From Nageia nagi (lineage: Eukaryota > Plantae > Pinophyta), in assembly GCA_050084985.1 (NCBI GenBank), contig JBITNC010000001.1, positions 153,512,001 to 153,576,000 on the forward strand: a stretch of 64,000 nucleotides of DNA, read 5' to 3'. The position numbers and the translations under genes are program-made. Below the pieces are notes generated by a model. It was not told where the DNA came from, did no database searches, and saw only the letters and a list, made by a program, of their open reading frames with translations. Shown here piece by piece: positions 13,780-27,699 of the stretch (position 1 is its first letter; each line of letters starts with the position of its first letter).

Positions 13780-16311
13780 TTGAAGACACACTTTGTGACT
13801 ACACACTCTCTTGTTGAAGGGGGATGAATATATTATGTGGCACAACATCATGTTATTAATGAGTAATATTAAGGAATTTGATGATGACCAGGATGTCATT
13901 AATCCCAATTATCTTCTATCAACAATGAGTACTTAGGGGAGTTTTATGATATAATGCTTATTGTAGGATGTTAGAATAATGTGCAATAAGAGGAATATTA
14001 ATCTTAAATGAAATTTATATGATGAAATATTATTTGAATAGATTTTATGGTGTGCATATATTTCATTAAACTATATACAAATTAAAATGGTAATAAAATT
14101 AACCTTGAAAGATATTTTGTATGATGTGGTCATGTGTATTGATTTGATCTTAAGATTTTATTTTTATCATATAACCAAGGAAGGGAGGTATCCCTAAAAA
14201 ATGGCATAAAATCCTTTTGAGGTATATAAAAGGATTTTTAAATGAATGAAAATAATGTAGATAACATTATTTGCATCATGGTCAAATATGAAATGGGATT
14301 GTCCTAATCCTCAAACTCCAATCCTTTTCTAGTACTTGATCCTTGGAAAGAAGCTTGAAGATGAAGAAGAATCTACATCAAAGACAAGATGCATTGAAGA
14401 CTCTTTAGATTTTGATGTATTTACCATATTAAATTTGTAAGGGACCCTCTTGTAAATGATAAGGGTTATCCTCATTTATATACATTAATATTATCATTTT
14501 ATGGAATGCAAGTTGGGTAAAATTGATTAAATGGGTATAATCTACTTTTTAATAAGTTTGTAATTAGACCTCTTAATACTAAAGTAGGAACTCCAAATAT
14601 AATGGAGTATTATGAGAAATGTGAAGTAATATAGATTCAAGGGAACAATCAAATGATCAACCTTAGTATCCTTCCAATGTAGGAAAATTATGAACAACTT
14701 TGGATTTCTAGTCTTTAATTGTGAATAAGAGTAGAGATTGATAAATCTTAATAATATTATAAGGGATTAAAGTTAAATCAACTATATAGGTTTCTATTAA
14801 ACCTAATTCTTTGTACATGGAATAAGAATTTAATACTTGGTAAGTTAAAACCTAACAAGGTAATCCTAATATTCTTAGGACACAAAAATATATTTCTCAT
14901 CAAGAAAGAAAAGGTTGCTGAATCTTAGAAATCCTTGAATCTCAATAGGGATCAAGATGGAATCAAATAGGATTAGTTTTAAATAGTGAGTTAATTAACA
15001 AAATAAAACCTTGTATTTACAATGGTGATGTTTCTAAGGTTCATCAATCAATCTTAGAGGTGAATTAAATCACAAATACAAATCAATCTTAGAGTATATA
15101 TATGAGAGATAAAAGTGAAAGATGAACTAGACAACAACCTAGATGAAATAGTAATCCTAAAGGAATCAATTTGGCCAAAAAGGAAACTTTTAGATGGATT
15201 AATAAATGAAGAAGGTGTGGACTATTTGTTGCTTGAACCTTCCTTGCTAGATGATAATACAAAAGAATATACCTTGAGTAAGGACCACTTTGCACTGCAC
15301 TTCCTTTGTAGAATTAGTTGACTTTAGTGTCATCTCAAAGCATGTTACTAAATAGTAGTAAGAATTATAAAGTAGTATTAATTACATAGTGCCATGTGTA
15401 TTGGATATTTGTAGTACTTCCAAATATCTTGTGTGACTTTGTAAGCAAGTTATTTTGAGTCTTCATGCATATGCTTTGCTTATTGATTTTAAACACTAAG
15501 TATGATTATTTTAATACCTCATGCATACTATGAACATGGAACTTATATTCCTATTAATTGATATGAGATTAGTTATTTTAACTTTGTTAGGTCATGGGTG
15601 ATTTTTATTTTGTAAACTTGCTTAAAATTAATTAGACTATACAAACCACTCGAGGATATTGCTTTGATACCCATGGCTCCCCAAGATATGGGTATGAGGA
15701 TGCCAAATTCCATGGTGAGCCTAGTTGATATATATGGACAAGCTAGTGTCTCACATCCTTAATAGGTTGTTAGATGAGGATAGCATTAATAAAACTATGG
15801 TTATGAGGTGAAGGTAATTTAGTAGTCATACTACTTATAGTTTAGCACATAGGAGTATGATGACTATTCCATGGGTGATGATGTTACCTGCTCATAAGAA
15901 AGTTTGTCTAGGATAAACTATCTACTCTTGTGAGTTAGAGGGTTATCATTGGGTGAGGATGCATTACCTAGTTGATGTGTATTCTCTTGGTGATATAGGC
16001 CTCGAGTAGAAACCACTACACCATGTCCAAAATATCTACTACACACTTCATTAAATGGAAATGGTGGGGTTACATATGATGCACCTCCTCAATGGGATAA
16101 GAATTGTAACACTAGAAGAGATTTAATCAAGGTTGGATAATATGGACTTTAACCAATCTTTCCCTATGGGTTCTAACTAGCTAGCAGCATTGACAAGTTC
16201 ATATGGATTTCTTGGATCCATTCCTATATCATTCAAGTCTATAAACTAATAAAAAAAATTAGGTCTAAAATTCTAGGGTTTTGGATGTCAAGAATAGGTG
16301 GATGCATTACA
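13780..16311 (+). mobile_element. Decayed gypsy-like retroelement remnants ending in an LTR
   Basis: PPT-like GAAGGGGGA at ~13817-13825. LTR-like block at ~15400-16311 ends cattaca, exactly where homology to the Sirevirus-like LTR begins. Confidence 0.4.
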
Positions 16312-17780
16312 TAGTTGCAAAAAGAATAGTCTTACCATATTTTTGCAATACCCACTATGGGTAATAGCACCAACAAACCTAATATTTTGTAGCACCAACT
16401 GCAAGGAGAACCAACCCCTGTCACCAAGCACCCACTCAAAGATAGGAATTTTTTAAGAAAAGTTTAAAATTTATAGTTTTATAAAAAGGCTATTCCAATT
16501 AGTTTTGAAATCTTGAAAATAGAAAAAATTGCTATAAATAGGCTATTTGGATGTATTTTTTTTATTTGATTTAGAAAAAAAAAATTGTAATTATAAATAT
16601 TTGGCTATTCTAAAAAATATTTAAACTTTAAAATTAATTTTGAAAAAAAAATAGAAAAATTACTATAAATAGTCCTTAAAAAACCATGCTCAATGAACTC
16701 AAAATGTTTTGGCAGAAAATTTGATTTTCCTTCCAAAGATCTTGAGTTGTCTAGCACAAACTCTTCTTCTATTCACCCTAATGATCACAACCACACTACT
16801 TATCTCACAACACATAACTCACTTGGCATATCTAAAATTTTACTATTTCCACCACATTCTCTCTTTTTCAAAAGTACACTCAAATTATCTAAGAAACACT
16901 CTTTTATAATTGATTTTTTTCTTTTTCTAACTCTCTTTTTATGTAACTTGTTTATGATGCAATATTCTCATATGCCACCTACCAATTATAACTCTTATCT
17001 TCTCACTTTCCACTTATCAACTACCAATTTTGTAACTCTTTATTTTGTAACTTGTTTATGAAACAATATTCTCATATGCCACTTATCATTTGTAACTCAT
17101 ATATAACTCCTTTTTGTAACTCCTCATATTCCACCTACCAAATATTCTTATGACACAAACATGCCACCTAACATTATTCTCTTATGTCATCAATTGAAGT
17201 AAATATATTTTTACAATTACACACTTGAATGAAGAATCAGTAATTAGCAAATATGGTTTTGAACATTGAGAGTAAAACTATCACATAAAATGAAACTATC
17301 CAAAACTAGAAAAAGTACTTCGAGCCATTTTATGATGCTCACAATTTTTGCATACAAACATTTTTTGGGCTGAAAATTAAAACTTAAGCTCTTAATTTAT
17401 CTAAATACCTCTAGTAAATATTTTGTAAATTGGCATTTAGGGCTGATTTTGCAACAGTCAAAATCGAAAAAAGTGATAAATTATCTTTTTGCAACTCATG
17501 TCATTTCTTCCTTGAAAGTTTGTTTTACTTGAAATTTGAATCGTATGCACATGTATATACCAAATACCTTCAGTGAAATTTTTTTTATCTAATACTTCAT
17601 GATTTTCTTAATATTTGACCTTTAAATTGGACTTTGAGGCTAATTTCATAATTGTACAAAAATAAGCAAAATTGTATAACCTAAGTACCAACAATGCAAA
17701 CAATTGGCCCAAACATCGAGCTAACATATAAAATACATGATGACTTGTTTCCACACATGCTAACATGTTCCACACTATCA
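16312..17780 (-). repeat. Sirevirus-like LTR fragment (same family as 5558-6745 and 63538-64000)
   Basis: 16312-~16860, minus the insertion, aligns with ~63705-64000. 17148-17780 aligns with 5558-6215. Confidence 0.8.
16440..16690. mobile_element. ~250-bp MITE-like insertion
   Basis: Absent from the homologous copy (cccactcaatgaactc at ~63823-63838). Flanked by duplicated (CT)CAA. Imperfect TIRs: agataggaattttttaag versus agcatggttttttaagg (reverse complement of the right end). Confidence 0.7.
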
Positions 17781-17801
17781 AATACCATGATATCAAATAA
17801 T

Positions 17802-17995
17802 AAACTTAATTGTACATCTCTATCAAAAGTTATATCTTTGCAAAGATAATTTTTTTTATTTTATGATTATTTTCTAGTCACAAATTTCCATTAACTAATG
17901 GAAAAATATTCCAAATACCACCCAAGCATAAGAATGTGTCAAGTTATCACTTCAATTATATTTTATCTTCATTCCTATTATCAATTTTAGATCAA
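17802..17995. repeat. ~190-bp dispersed direct repeat, copy 1
   Basis: Aligns with 19788-19978 (shared tattttctagtcacaaatttccat...gaatgtgtca...ttttagatca). Confidence 0.8.
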
Positions 17996-19787
17996 ACCTC
18001 CCCAATGAGTGGGCATTTGGTCTCCAAATTCTTAGGGACTTTGTGAGGAATCAATATCCCCTCTTATAACAACCTTTAATGGTCAATTAATTAAAAGGGA
18101 AGAGTACAAAAATAAGGTATACTTTGCAATGCCCTTAGAAAAAATTCTAACCTCTAAAAATATTTGAAATACCTCCTCAAGCAACTGAACCAGCTCTATG
18201 AATTATTCTCCAAGTTGCAAATGTTTAGTATAAGTTAGATAATGATTAGTGAAACACCATTTCTCTTTTATCATTTTTGTGATTCTAACTTTACTTCACT
18301 CTTCAAATCTTATTAGACTACCTGAAAATGAAGGAACTCTTTACATATTTTTAAGAGTTGATCAATATTGAAAGAAACTACAAATCAAATACAAACTAAG
18401 TGCTATGTTATTATTTGAACATTCTTACACTTTCCAATTTTGATAGATAGATTTTATCCTTTTGTTCTCTTTCAAAAGGACACTACATAGTCCTAAGGAA
18501 ATCTCAACCAACTCTAAAACCACTTGATCTGTAATTTTGTGAAGCTTATAGCTTACGAGAAAACATCAAATACAAATTTCTAATTTTATTGCTTTTTCAT
18601 TTTCTCAATGCTAGATCTATGTGTGTAATATGCAACTATTTTGATTTAAATGCACATCCAGATAAATAACACAAATAGTTTTATAGAGGTTCCTCTCAAC
18701 ATGAGTGTACATCCCCTTTTATGGTTTTCTTCATTATTTTATTACTGATGCAAGGATAAATCTTACAATCATAAGTAGTCTAAATGTTGCCTCAATATTC
18801 TAGACATTTGCATTTTCAGCTCCCATGATCCTTTAGATCTTCCAAGATCAACCAAAATCAAGTTCATACTTCATTTCTTATTCATGTAAAATACCCATAC
18901 ATTATACCTTTCACAAATACAATATGCTCTCAATAATACAACTTCCACTATTACATCATTAATCTACTTTGTACATAAGAAATTAAATAGCACAAAATGA
19001 CTATGACATTATTCACCTTATACTATGGCTATACAACTTGATTAGGATGGATATGATATTTTCAATCATCTAATCAATATTACAACATGGTGATGGAGAA
19101 AGTTCTCCCTTCTTATGAAGTTCTCCTCTATCTTTAGTAGTATTATGGCTTCCATCAACAACCTCACACTCTTCTAATAGTAAAGCTAGTAATCCCACCA
19201 TAAGAATCACCTTACCAGGCTATTTATATCTTGTATGCTTCTTGTATCCTCCTCTTGGATTGTTGGGATATTTTATAAACTCACTAGGAAGGATAAACAT
19301 ATTCAAAATCGATGTCCCTTCAGGTTCCCAATGCTTCAAAATGACCTAAATTGCTTCATATTATGCCTATGCATGTTCTATTTCTCCAACATTGCACTAA
19401 CCTCAACATTAACATTGAAATGAATATTGTTGTTGGTATATTCAAGTTTCCACTCAGGTGTCAGGTCAATTTTTAGGTTGTTGGGTCATTATGTCAAGTT
19501 TTATCTAGCATTAATGTTGGTCTTTTTAGGTAATACTTGTCCATAAGAATGATATTTTATATATAGAGATGATAAAATGATCAAATTCAAAATTCCATAC
19601 TCAAATTCCTCAAGAACACTAGCGCAGGCATTGGAATGAGCATGGGTGCTATTGTAAGCATTAGTGTTGGCATTTTTTATAGTTATGTAAAAATTCCTTA
19701 TATGGTGATCAAATATTTGACAAAGGTAGGCATGCATATACATGTTAGAAAGATATTTTTGATAACTATATAATGAAAAAAAGAATC

Positions 19788-19978
19788 AACTCAATTTGAC
19801 ATCTCTATAAAAATTTATACCTTCCCAAAGATGACTAATTTATTTTATGACTATTTTCTAGTCACAAATTTCCATCAACCAATGGTAAAATGTTCTAAAT
19901 ACCACCTAAGCATGAGAATGTGTCAGTTCCTCACTCCAATGATGTTTGGTATTCATTCATATTATCCATTTTAGATCA
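19788..19978. repeat. ~190-bp dispersed direct repeat, copy 2
   Basis: Aligns with 17802-17995. Confidence 0.8.
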
Positions 19979-20779
19979 CCATTTGAACTAAATTGCAATA
20001 TCAAATAATTCATATTTTTTTTTTAATTACCTAAGTAAGACCAATGCTAGTGTTGGTGTTCCTAAGGCCAAAACTGTCAAATGAAGGTTATCAATCCAAG
20101 ATAAACAAATTCTATCCAAATTATATAAAATTAGATGACTATGGATAACTATTTTAAACTTATCCAAATTTACCAAATTACAAGCATATGGAAAAGGTTA
20201 AGATATCACTCCTAAATTTCATCATTTTGTATGCAAAATAGCATATCAATGACATGGATCTTAGAAAATAAAGATTGTTCAAGGAATATAGTAAGAAGCC
20301 TAGTGCTAGCACTAGCATGACATACAAATAAAGGATAAGGATACAATCTCTTAATATTGAATATTGTATCCTCCAAAATTATGGAAACCAAATAAAATAT
20401 AAAACTAAAAAAACTTAGCTTAAACGGTCCAATGAAAAATTATCAAATTGTGCAATGCCAAATTTTTCTGAATAAATGCAAAATAAATAGCATAGACATT
20501 GAGGACAATGTTAATGCTAATATTAAAGATATAATACAATACCATGACTCATGTAATGAGAAAATAATTACAAGATTACATAAATAAATATTAAATTATA
20601 TAAAAACTAAGACACCAACACCAATGCTAAGAAGAAGACATGAAAACGTAAACCAAAATTAGAAAAACATACAAATAAGCTATTATATATAAAAGAAACA
20701 TAATAATAAAAATGAGATGAACAATATTTTGTACATTTTTTATGTAGTGAAATCCACTTACAAATTAAAGGATGACTCC

Positions 20780-23700
20780 TTCATTTTGGATTTGATGAAA
20801 TTTGGAAAAGGATTGTTGAAGATCCCTATATTCTTTTTATACTCATGCTAAGGTACTTACAACTTCTTTGGCCTTTCTTTTGTATCTTTTATCTCAACTT
20901 TAACTTTTGAACTCTTCCTTTCTTTTGGTGGTGGAAAAGACACCCTTCCTTGATCAATCAAATCTTGAATATTATGAAGTAACGTATACAATACTTGGTT
21001 GCATGTCCCCATTGTTGATGATATTTGTAAAATTGATCTGAGTTGCACTTGGAATTCCTTCTTTGAAAGAAAGTTGAATTTAAGGTCTTGAAGGTTTTTC
21101 AAGCATATTTCTATTAAACAAGGACTTGATCACCTCATCAATATCTTCATATATTGGAGTGAACTTTCTTCTATCGAAGGTTTGATATTCTACATACACT
21201 TATTTATCTTCTTAATTTTCAACCTTCTTCTCATCTTTCTTTCGATATGCTACTTACTTCATAGGTTGAGTTGAATCTCCTTTGAGTACCATCTTATCCT
21301 CTCTTTTAGCTTCTTTCTTGTACCTTGCTGATATTTTGGTGGTGTTTTATCTCTTGCTAGTATCAATTCTTGCTTCCATATACCATTTCTAATAAAGAAC
21401 CTCTCTTTTTCAACCAAAGAATGAAGAAACTTATCCAATGATAAATTATTAAACTAAAAGCACTTATCTTTATATTATTTCTAAAGGGACTCAATAAAGG
21501 TTGTAATATTTGCATTATCATTTGTATACACTTGATTAGTAATTCTTGTTCAATATTTGATAAATTATTCAATAAATTATCCTTTCTTTTACATTCAACA
21601 CATCAAATCATAGAATATCATCTCCTTGGTGATATATATTTGATCAAATATGTGAAGATCTTACTTGATATATCAAAAAATTTCAATAATTCATGGGTAA
21701 TTTAGTGAACCATTGAAGATCTTCTCCATTAATGATACAAGAAACAACCTAGTATGTAAATATTTATCTTTAGTTATTAGTGATACCTTATCATAATAAA
21801 TACATAAATGCAAACATGAATCACTTGTACTATAATATTTAGAAATTTTATAGCCTTCTTTGTATCAATCATGTTTGATCCAATTCTCATGCATAGAGGA
21901 TTACTTTCTTCATCCCTTTATGGTTGCAAACCTTGTTCTAACTCCACTTTTGGCATAGTTTATTCAAATTGATCCAACTTTACCTTCATTGCATCGTTAT
22001 TTACTATTTAAGGTACATTTTCCAAAATTGGAAAATCAAGCTTCTCTTGAATAAGCTATTGAACTTCTTCTTATGCTTGACATGAACATTTTCCTATCAA
22101 ATATCAAAATATGATTATATAGTCCAATATGCTCAAAAGCTCCACTCCTTGTATCCCTATATCACATAATATCATTTAAAGTAGTTGGAACATATCATTC
22201 CATATTGTTATAATATCATTTGATCAATTATTTTATTACACTTTTGTAGTTTTGCATATTTGGTATATTCCTCCTCTTGATTCAAACCAAAGATAGTTTA
22301 CATTGCTTGAACTATAAATTTATTATCTCAAACTATCATATCCATTGGAATAAGTTGCTTATTCCTAGGTTAAAATATACCTACCTTTGTCCTATAATCA
22401 TCTTTAACCCTATGAATCCATTCTCTAAAATATGTAATTTTATGAGGAATATCCATTTTTGTGACTTCAATTACTTCTTTTGAATGAAGGAACCTTGAAT
22501 TGATTTTGTTGTCTTCTTTTGATCAATCCAAAAATGGCATATCAAAATATTCTATTACCTTGTTAATCTCTGCATACTTTTATGGATCTTCTATAAAATA
22601 ATCATCCTAAACAAATTCATCTAGATCTTCTATAACACAATCATCCTAAACAAATTCATCATCACCTTAGCAAGCCCTTGAAAATTACCAACCTTGGTGA
22701 CCAATGGTATTTTGATTTCTAATGTTGATCCTTTGTATGATTTTCAATACCTCCCAAATCTATATGAGTCTCCTAATAAAGTAATTCCTCTAATGTGGTG
22801 TAAGGAACAATGCCCACTCTTTACTTAATAACGAATCTTACATTTTCTATCTAAACAATAACTCCTCTTATAAGCTCAAGAACTTTATATGAAACTATCA
22901 TATTATTTAAAACTAGAACCCTATTGAAAATGCTATTAAGGGTATTGGCACTTGCATGAGCATCTACACTAGGATTCTCTATACCAAAGGGTCTCATATT
23001 CTATGCAACTTTGGTTTGATATGAGAAAAATCCTAGGTGTGGCTCCCCTAGATTAATAGCCATATCATCAATGGTAAAAATTCTTGGCATGCCATAACCT
23101 TCTTTTCTTGATAACTTTCTTGTCTCCCCTAAATACCTCTACAACATATGCCTTCTCGTTAATAGGTAACTCACTAAGAACCTTCATTCAAATTGATACC
23201 TATTCTCTCTAGATCTCATGACCTCTCTGAAGGTCTCCTTAGTACTCATTTGTGTTATCAAATCTTCCTTAACTAAGATATGAGGAATATTTTAATTGAG
23301 AGGGCTGTATGGATCTTCACTCTTGGTTTGAACTTCCTAACTAACTATCTTCTTTAAGGTATGAGAGTTGGCTATTAAAATTTATTTGTTCGAAAGGATA
23401 TCATCTACAGGATCCTCTATCATAGGTCCTTGAGATTCAATAAGTTCATGCTACCTACAAATTCATTTACTCTATCTTTGATATTGAAAAGAAATGTGTG
23501 TTCTACAAATGCTTCTCTTCTTAGGAGCTTTCTTAACTACAGTGTTAGTAGGGTCAAGAGAAATATGTACTTTTTCATTGCTAGTAACATAAAAGATTTA
23601 TGGAACATAATATGTAAATAAAACCTTTAATAAGTTTTATATTATATCAAAATTAAAGTAGCTTTTACAATCACTTTATTCAACCCTAACTAAGAGATTA

Positions 23701-24546
23701 ATGTGCTAGAAAAATATGGATGCTAATATATTGAATATTTTTAGTGGCCCCTAGAATTAACCTAACTAGTGACTATATTAAAATATTAACATGTGATAAT
23801 ATATTATCTTAATTATTAACTAATATAAATATGGATCAATAATAACAAATGATGGATAAAAATAATCTAAATATAGATTATTGTAACAATGATTCAAGAA
23901 TCTAGACTATTGGATCAAGGTAATAAACACACTAATGAGATTGAGATCAAGTGAATGATAAATACATGTTAACCTTACCTGTATGATATATATTATATGT
24001 ATATATGAGCTTATCAAGGATATACCTTGATATGTGCATCCTCACATAGCACAATATACAAGAATGATAACATAAATATTCATACAAATGCTAATGCTAG
24101 GTCCCAAATAGTAGCTTTGATGCGTATGATGGTGTAAATGCTAGCATATAAAGGAATGGATTTTACAACTAAGATCCAAATCATAGTACATAAATGACAA
24201 CTCAAGCTAGACATATAAATACAAAATATAGAGTAATAGATATGATTGCAATAACAAGATCCCAATCTCAATAGGTGGCATTGATAAACATGGAAACTTT
24301 GAAGTGTTACTAGCTATTGAGATTGAAATCTTGATAACTTTCCTTGCAATCATACTTACCCTTATATATGTAATACAACCTGTATATTCTCTTAAGCAAT
24401 GCTAGCACTCACATCAGGGTACCTAGCATATAAAATATAATATTGCATAAGAAAGGACCAAGAAAACACCTATAGCATGATATAAGATTATCATAATAAA
24501 ATAATTAACAAGAATAGCTTAGGTAGACCAAAATTAAGTATCAACA
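20780..24546 (-). mobile_element. 5' half of a Tat-like Ty3/gypsy element (5' LTR, leader, gag remnant)
   Basis: Gag-like LYTLLHNIQDLIDQGRVSF in ORF 20857-21102. LTR at 23729-24546. Weak PBS-like tagcatcc (minus, 23718-23725). Confidence 0.65.
23729..24546 (-). repeat. LTR-A (~820 bp)
   Basis: tattga...tcaaca. Aligns end to end with 56603-57425 and partly with 54790-55127. Confidence 0.9.
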
Positions 24547-25926
24547 TCTTACCTAAGTCACAAGGGAAGAGAGGAATATTTGTGGTAGTAGATATACTTT
24601 CAAAATGTCTTGATTTATTTGCATTACAACATCAATTTACAACTAAATAAAGTGGCTAAGATGTTTTTGGATAAAAAATGTAGATTGCATGGTAGGCTTA
24701 AGAGCATTATATGTGATAGAGATCTAATTTCTCCATCAATTTTAGAAAAAAAATGAATTCTAGTAGAAATAAACTTAAAATGAGTTCATCATATTATCCC
24801 AAATAGATTTCCAAAAGTTGTGAATAAATTATTAGGTAATTATTTGAGATATTTTTTGAAAGACAAGAAATACTAATGGGTCCAAATAGATGGAAAAATA
24901 AATAGTGAATAAATACTTGGATATTTATTTGATATATTTTTTGTAAGATAATAAATACTAATGGGTAAAATGGCTTTCTTTAGGAAAATGGTTGTATAAT
25001 CCTACTTATCATCTATCTACTAAGGTATCTCTATTTGAGGCTTTGTATGGTCAAAACACTCCTTCAATAATAAATTATTTTCTTGGATCAGCTAATGTGG
25101 AAATGGTGGAAAATTATTTTTTCATGTAACTAAGTTGTAGGGAATGAATAATTTCCTAGAGAAAATACAATAAGTATTAAGGCTACTTAATAATAATTTA
25201 AGCCAGACATAAAATTGGATGAAATAATAGAATGATAAAAATAGGATAGAAAGGAGCTTTAAGATAGGTGATAAGGTTAAGGCTAACAGAAAATTAGGTT
25301 CAATATTTTATGGACTTTATAATGTTATTCACATGATTAGAGAAGTGGCATACAATTTGGAATTATAAACATAATTAAAAATATATCCATTTTTTTCATA
25401 TTTGTTATCTTATATAGGTTATTAGATAAAAGATACAAATGCTAAATTATTCCTAAATTGGATATTGAAGGACAAATGATGTTGGAACTAAAATTGATAC
25501 TGTAAAAAAGGGAGAGAAACCTATGATAGTGAAAAATTATCAAGATTCTCATCAAATAAAAATACTTGCAAGAGGAGGATACTACATGGGAACTAAAATA
25601 TATTCTCAAGAATTTTTCAAATTTAAGTATAAATATTTTTGAAGAGGGAGGTTACATAATGTCCCAATATAACCACTAAAATTGTATTGTACTTATTGGT
25701 TTGGGACATTAGTATAGGAATAATATTACGAGCATTGGACTAAAACCTAGGATGTAGTGCTAGTATTTATCTATAAAAGTATAATTTTGATCATTAGTTA
25801 TTCATTGAATATCATGATTTTTATTCTCCCTATTCTATTTTACATATTTTGAGAGATTTCCCTCCCAAAGTAGCTGGCATTCTTGGTTATTAATTGAATA
25901 GTGAATTATTCATTATAGATCTATCA
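24547..25926 (+). mobile_element. 3' half of a Ty3/gypsy chromovirus (integrase core and C-terminus, chromodomain, PPT, 3' LTR)
   Basis: LPKSQGKRGIFVVVD, WLYNPTYHLSTKVSLFEALYGQ, FYGLYNVIHMIREVAYNLEL, and chromodomain-like ILIK*KYLQEEDTTWE. PPT gaagagggagg at 25641-25651. LTR ~25657-25926 ending ctatca. Confidence 0.85.
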
Positions 25927-25944
25927 TATAGTACATTTTATATA

Positions 25945-25947
<3 letters not shown>

Positions 25948-26001
<54 letters not shown>

Positions 26002-26013
26002 ATATATATATAT
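25948..26013. repeat. (TA)n microsatellite
   Basis: Direct reading. A second (TA)n tract lies at ~26665-26692. Confidence 0.95.
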
Positions 26014-26199
26014 AATCATTTTTAATATGTACTACTAGATTATAAATAGTCACTTATATGGTTATGAATTATTAATGCATTGGTGGTGAATTACTTTTAT
26101 TGCTTAATTATTTCATTTCATAATTATCTAAGATCATAATTTTATTGAAATTTTCATGATTATCACACATTATTTCTCTTTATTATCAAATCCTATTAT

Positions 26200-26657
26200 A
26201 TCTTCATATTTAATTATTAAATGGGCTATAGATTCTATTTATTAAAATGTTACCAAAAAATGTAAAATAAATATCCAATCTTGAACTAGTGTCCATAATA
26301 TCTCTCTTAAGTTTTAAAGCAAAACCATTCATCTTAATATACAATGTGAAACCTTGATTCATAGTGTCTTTTCTTGGAATTTCACTTACATTAAACTTGA
26401 TATGCTTACAATCTTCCTTGGATTTACTATACCTTAAATATGGATACATTCATATTAACTAAAACTTACTCATTCTTGTGAATATCATATAGTTTATCTT
26501 TATAAGGTTGAGATATTTGAATCAACTAATTTAAATTTATCTTTCCTTTATTTGATTATTCAATTATAGCATGGGATATTGAATCTTTAGGAAAATGTAC
26601 CCTTTCTATTGTAATTGAATTTATTATTATTTTATATATTCCCATTTGGGCATGATC

Positions 26658-26697
<40 letters not shown>

Positions 26698-26810
26698 TTA
26701 TGATCCCACAAAAGCTCACATTTAGTTAATAGTTTTCCTCTTTTTGAATGGAAGTGGGATATACATGATTTCCACCATTCATCAATTACAAAATTTCTCT
26801 TCTTCATCTC
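26200..26810 (-). mobile_element. Possible CACTA/En-Spm transposase relic
   Basis: Weak resemblance of TIERVHFPKD and GFALKLKRDIMDTSSRLDIYF to CACTA transposase segments. Heavily AT-drifted. Confidence 0.25.
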
Positions 26811-27699
26811 CCAAAATATTTACTTTATTAATACTAATTTTATATAATAAATATATTAGATGTACTTAAATTTGATATTTGATTAATTATGAAAATAAAA
26901 TTAAGGTCTATATAGTTATGAAAATATAAATTTATCATATTTATGAATAGTGTAAGTTTATATTCAAAGTTACTCTTACCTTAATAATTTAATATAGTTC
27001 ATACATTTTTTAGGTACCTTTTCCCTTATTAATTTTAAGCTAAAGAGGGCCCAAGGGGACAACACATTAGTTAATGCTTTGATTGATCTATGATAGGTTT
27101 CATAGCAGGGCTATGGTTTGGCTACAGTCATTCTATTTTCCACAAGTTGTTAAATGTATAGTGAAGACTTTAAATGATTACGTTGTTTGAAGATTTTAAA
27201 AGATTATATGGTATATATAGTTTTAAACATAATATTAAGGAATAAATTTATCATATTTTGATTATACTTTTTGCTTATTTGATAATAATAAAGGTTTATT
27301 TATAAAGTGGGTATCTATTCAATCTTAAGAAATTGAATAGAATTTATAGATATTTTGAAGCTTAAAAGACTTATTTTTATTGTATTTTTTAAGTATTATG
27401 TAAATAATTTGATAATGGATTTTTAGACCTATTAATACCTTCCAAACCTAGTGATATTATTAGCAATACAAGTTTTGAAATTATATATTTAAGTTAAAAA
27501 AACAAAAAAATTAACAAATCTAAAATAAAAAATTTATTGGTAAATAGTTTTTCTTTAATTTGGAATTTGGAGTAGAGTGTTGTAATAATATTATTATTTT
27601 AAATTCTAAATTAAAAAGTATTTGATGTACTTAAATGTATAAACCTAAAATAATATTTCAAATTTTAGTGTAATTATGTTTGTGGTACTACTATGGTTT

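Noticed and set aside
5558-17780. 5558-6745 and 16312-17780 as the LTR pair of one intact Sirevirus-like element
   Set aside because: Possible but unsupported: the gag start, PBS, outer LTR ends and TSD are all missing, and the 16.3-kb copy fits the duplication model equally well.
24800-24965. ~84-bp tandem duplication within the integrase relic (similar small ones at 44800-44870 and 54727-54797)
   Set aside because: Ordinary local duplications in dead TE sequence.
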